From: a virus
Lineage: Duplodnaviria > Caudoviricetes
Direction: 5' to 3' (one strand)
Length of the DNA: 64,000 nt
Virus record (IMG/VR): IMGVR_UViG_3300033066_001054
Shown piece after piece: positions 63,696 to 64,000 of this stretch. Every line of letters begins with the position of its first letter. Position 1 is the stretch's first letter. The notes beneath the pieces were generated by a model, which saw nothing but the letters and a program-made list of their open reading frames with translations, did no database searches and was not told the origin of the DNA. The position numbers were made by a program, and so were the translations under genes.

Positions 63696-64000
63696 ATGAG
63701 TAAAACAAAAACGCTATTTCCGAATCCATGGTTATCTTTGATGCAAATTGAAGACCCAGACAAAGGTGTCTCTGGTTACGTTTATGCGCACGAAACGCGC
63801 TGCGAGGGCAAAATTGTCTTAGTTCTCCCGTTTCGTTCTAAAGAAGACAGTCAATTTGGCGGGATAGAGGTATTGTTCAGGCGAGAAGTGACTCCTGCTT
63901 GGGATATGAACTCAAAGTTAAGTGGAATTACTGGTGGAGTCGAGGAAGAAGACCCCGCAGAAGACGCATTGCGCGAACTTGAAGAAGAAGCCGGGTATAC
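63696..64000 (+). CDS. Nudix hydrolase (partial, runs off window)
   Basis: manual translation ends ITGGVEEEDPAEDALRELEEEAGY, a Nudix box. Confidence 0.85.
   Translation, partial: MSKTKTLFPNPWLSLMQIEDPDKGVSGYVYAHETRCEGKIVLVLPFRSKEDSQFGGIEVLFRREVTPAWDMNSKLSGITGGVEEEDPAEDALRELEEEAGY

Noticed and set aside
1-64000. Stop-codon reassignment as in some large phages
   Set aside because: Recognisable genes are full length in the standard code and end in TAA, TAG and TGA.

Overview
This window looks like part of a large (jumbo-type) bacteriophage genome. It has no host housekeeping genes, many short phage-type ORFs, free-standing homing endonucleases, a phage sigma factor and tRNA-like genes. It falls into three segments. 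(1) 1-5.97 kb: radical-SAM activase, divergent sigma-70-family factor, a secreted beta-rich protein, a compound tRNA-like RNA locus and a ~650-nt highly base-paired non-coding RNA with its own promoter and terminator. (2) 6.0-51.7 kb: a strictly + strand array of roughly 100 mostly small genes (DUF932, WGR-DNA ligases, MoxR/CobS-CobT-like pair, GHKL ATPase, DUF2958/3085/6166-like and others). It is punctuated by about 73 hand-counted copies of the one-directional motif CGG(C/T)CCCGGA. In about 58 copies the first C lies exactly 37-38 nt upstream of the next start codon. In most of the others that same +37/38 position begins a 5' hairpin and/or Shine-Dalgarno leader. I infer a non-canonical promoter system: one GC-rich element near -37..-28, no recognisable -10, mostly leaderless mRNAs, often fused with the upstream gene's terminator, so that most genes or short operons form self-contained cassettes. 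(3) 51.8-64 kb: an abrupt AT-rich boundary with an HNH gene between diverged direct repeats, eight genes sharing a C-terminal motif, then a minus-strand MoxR-AAA / VWA-peptidase / ART-SNF2 helicase block and a partial Nudix gene. I saw no GATC anywhere. All counts are by eye, and family assignments are from recalled motifs, not database searches.
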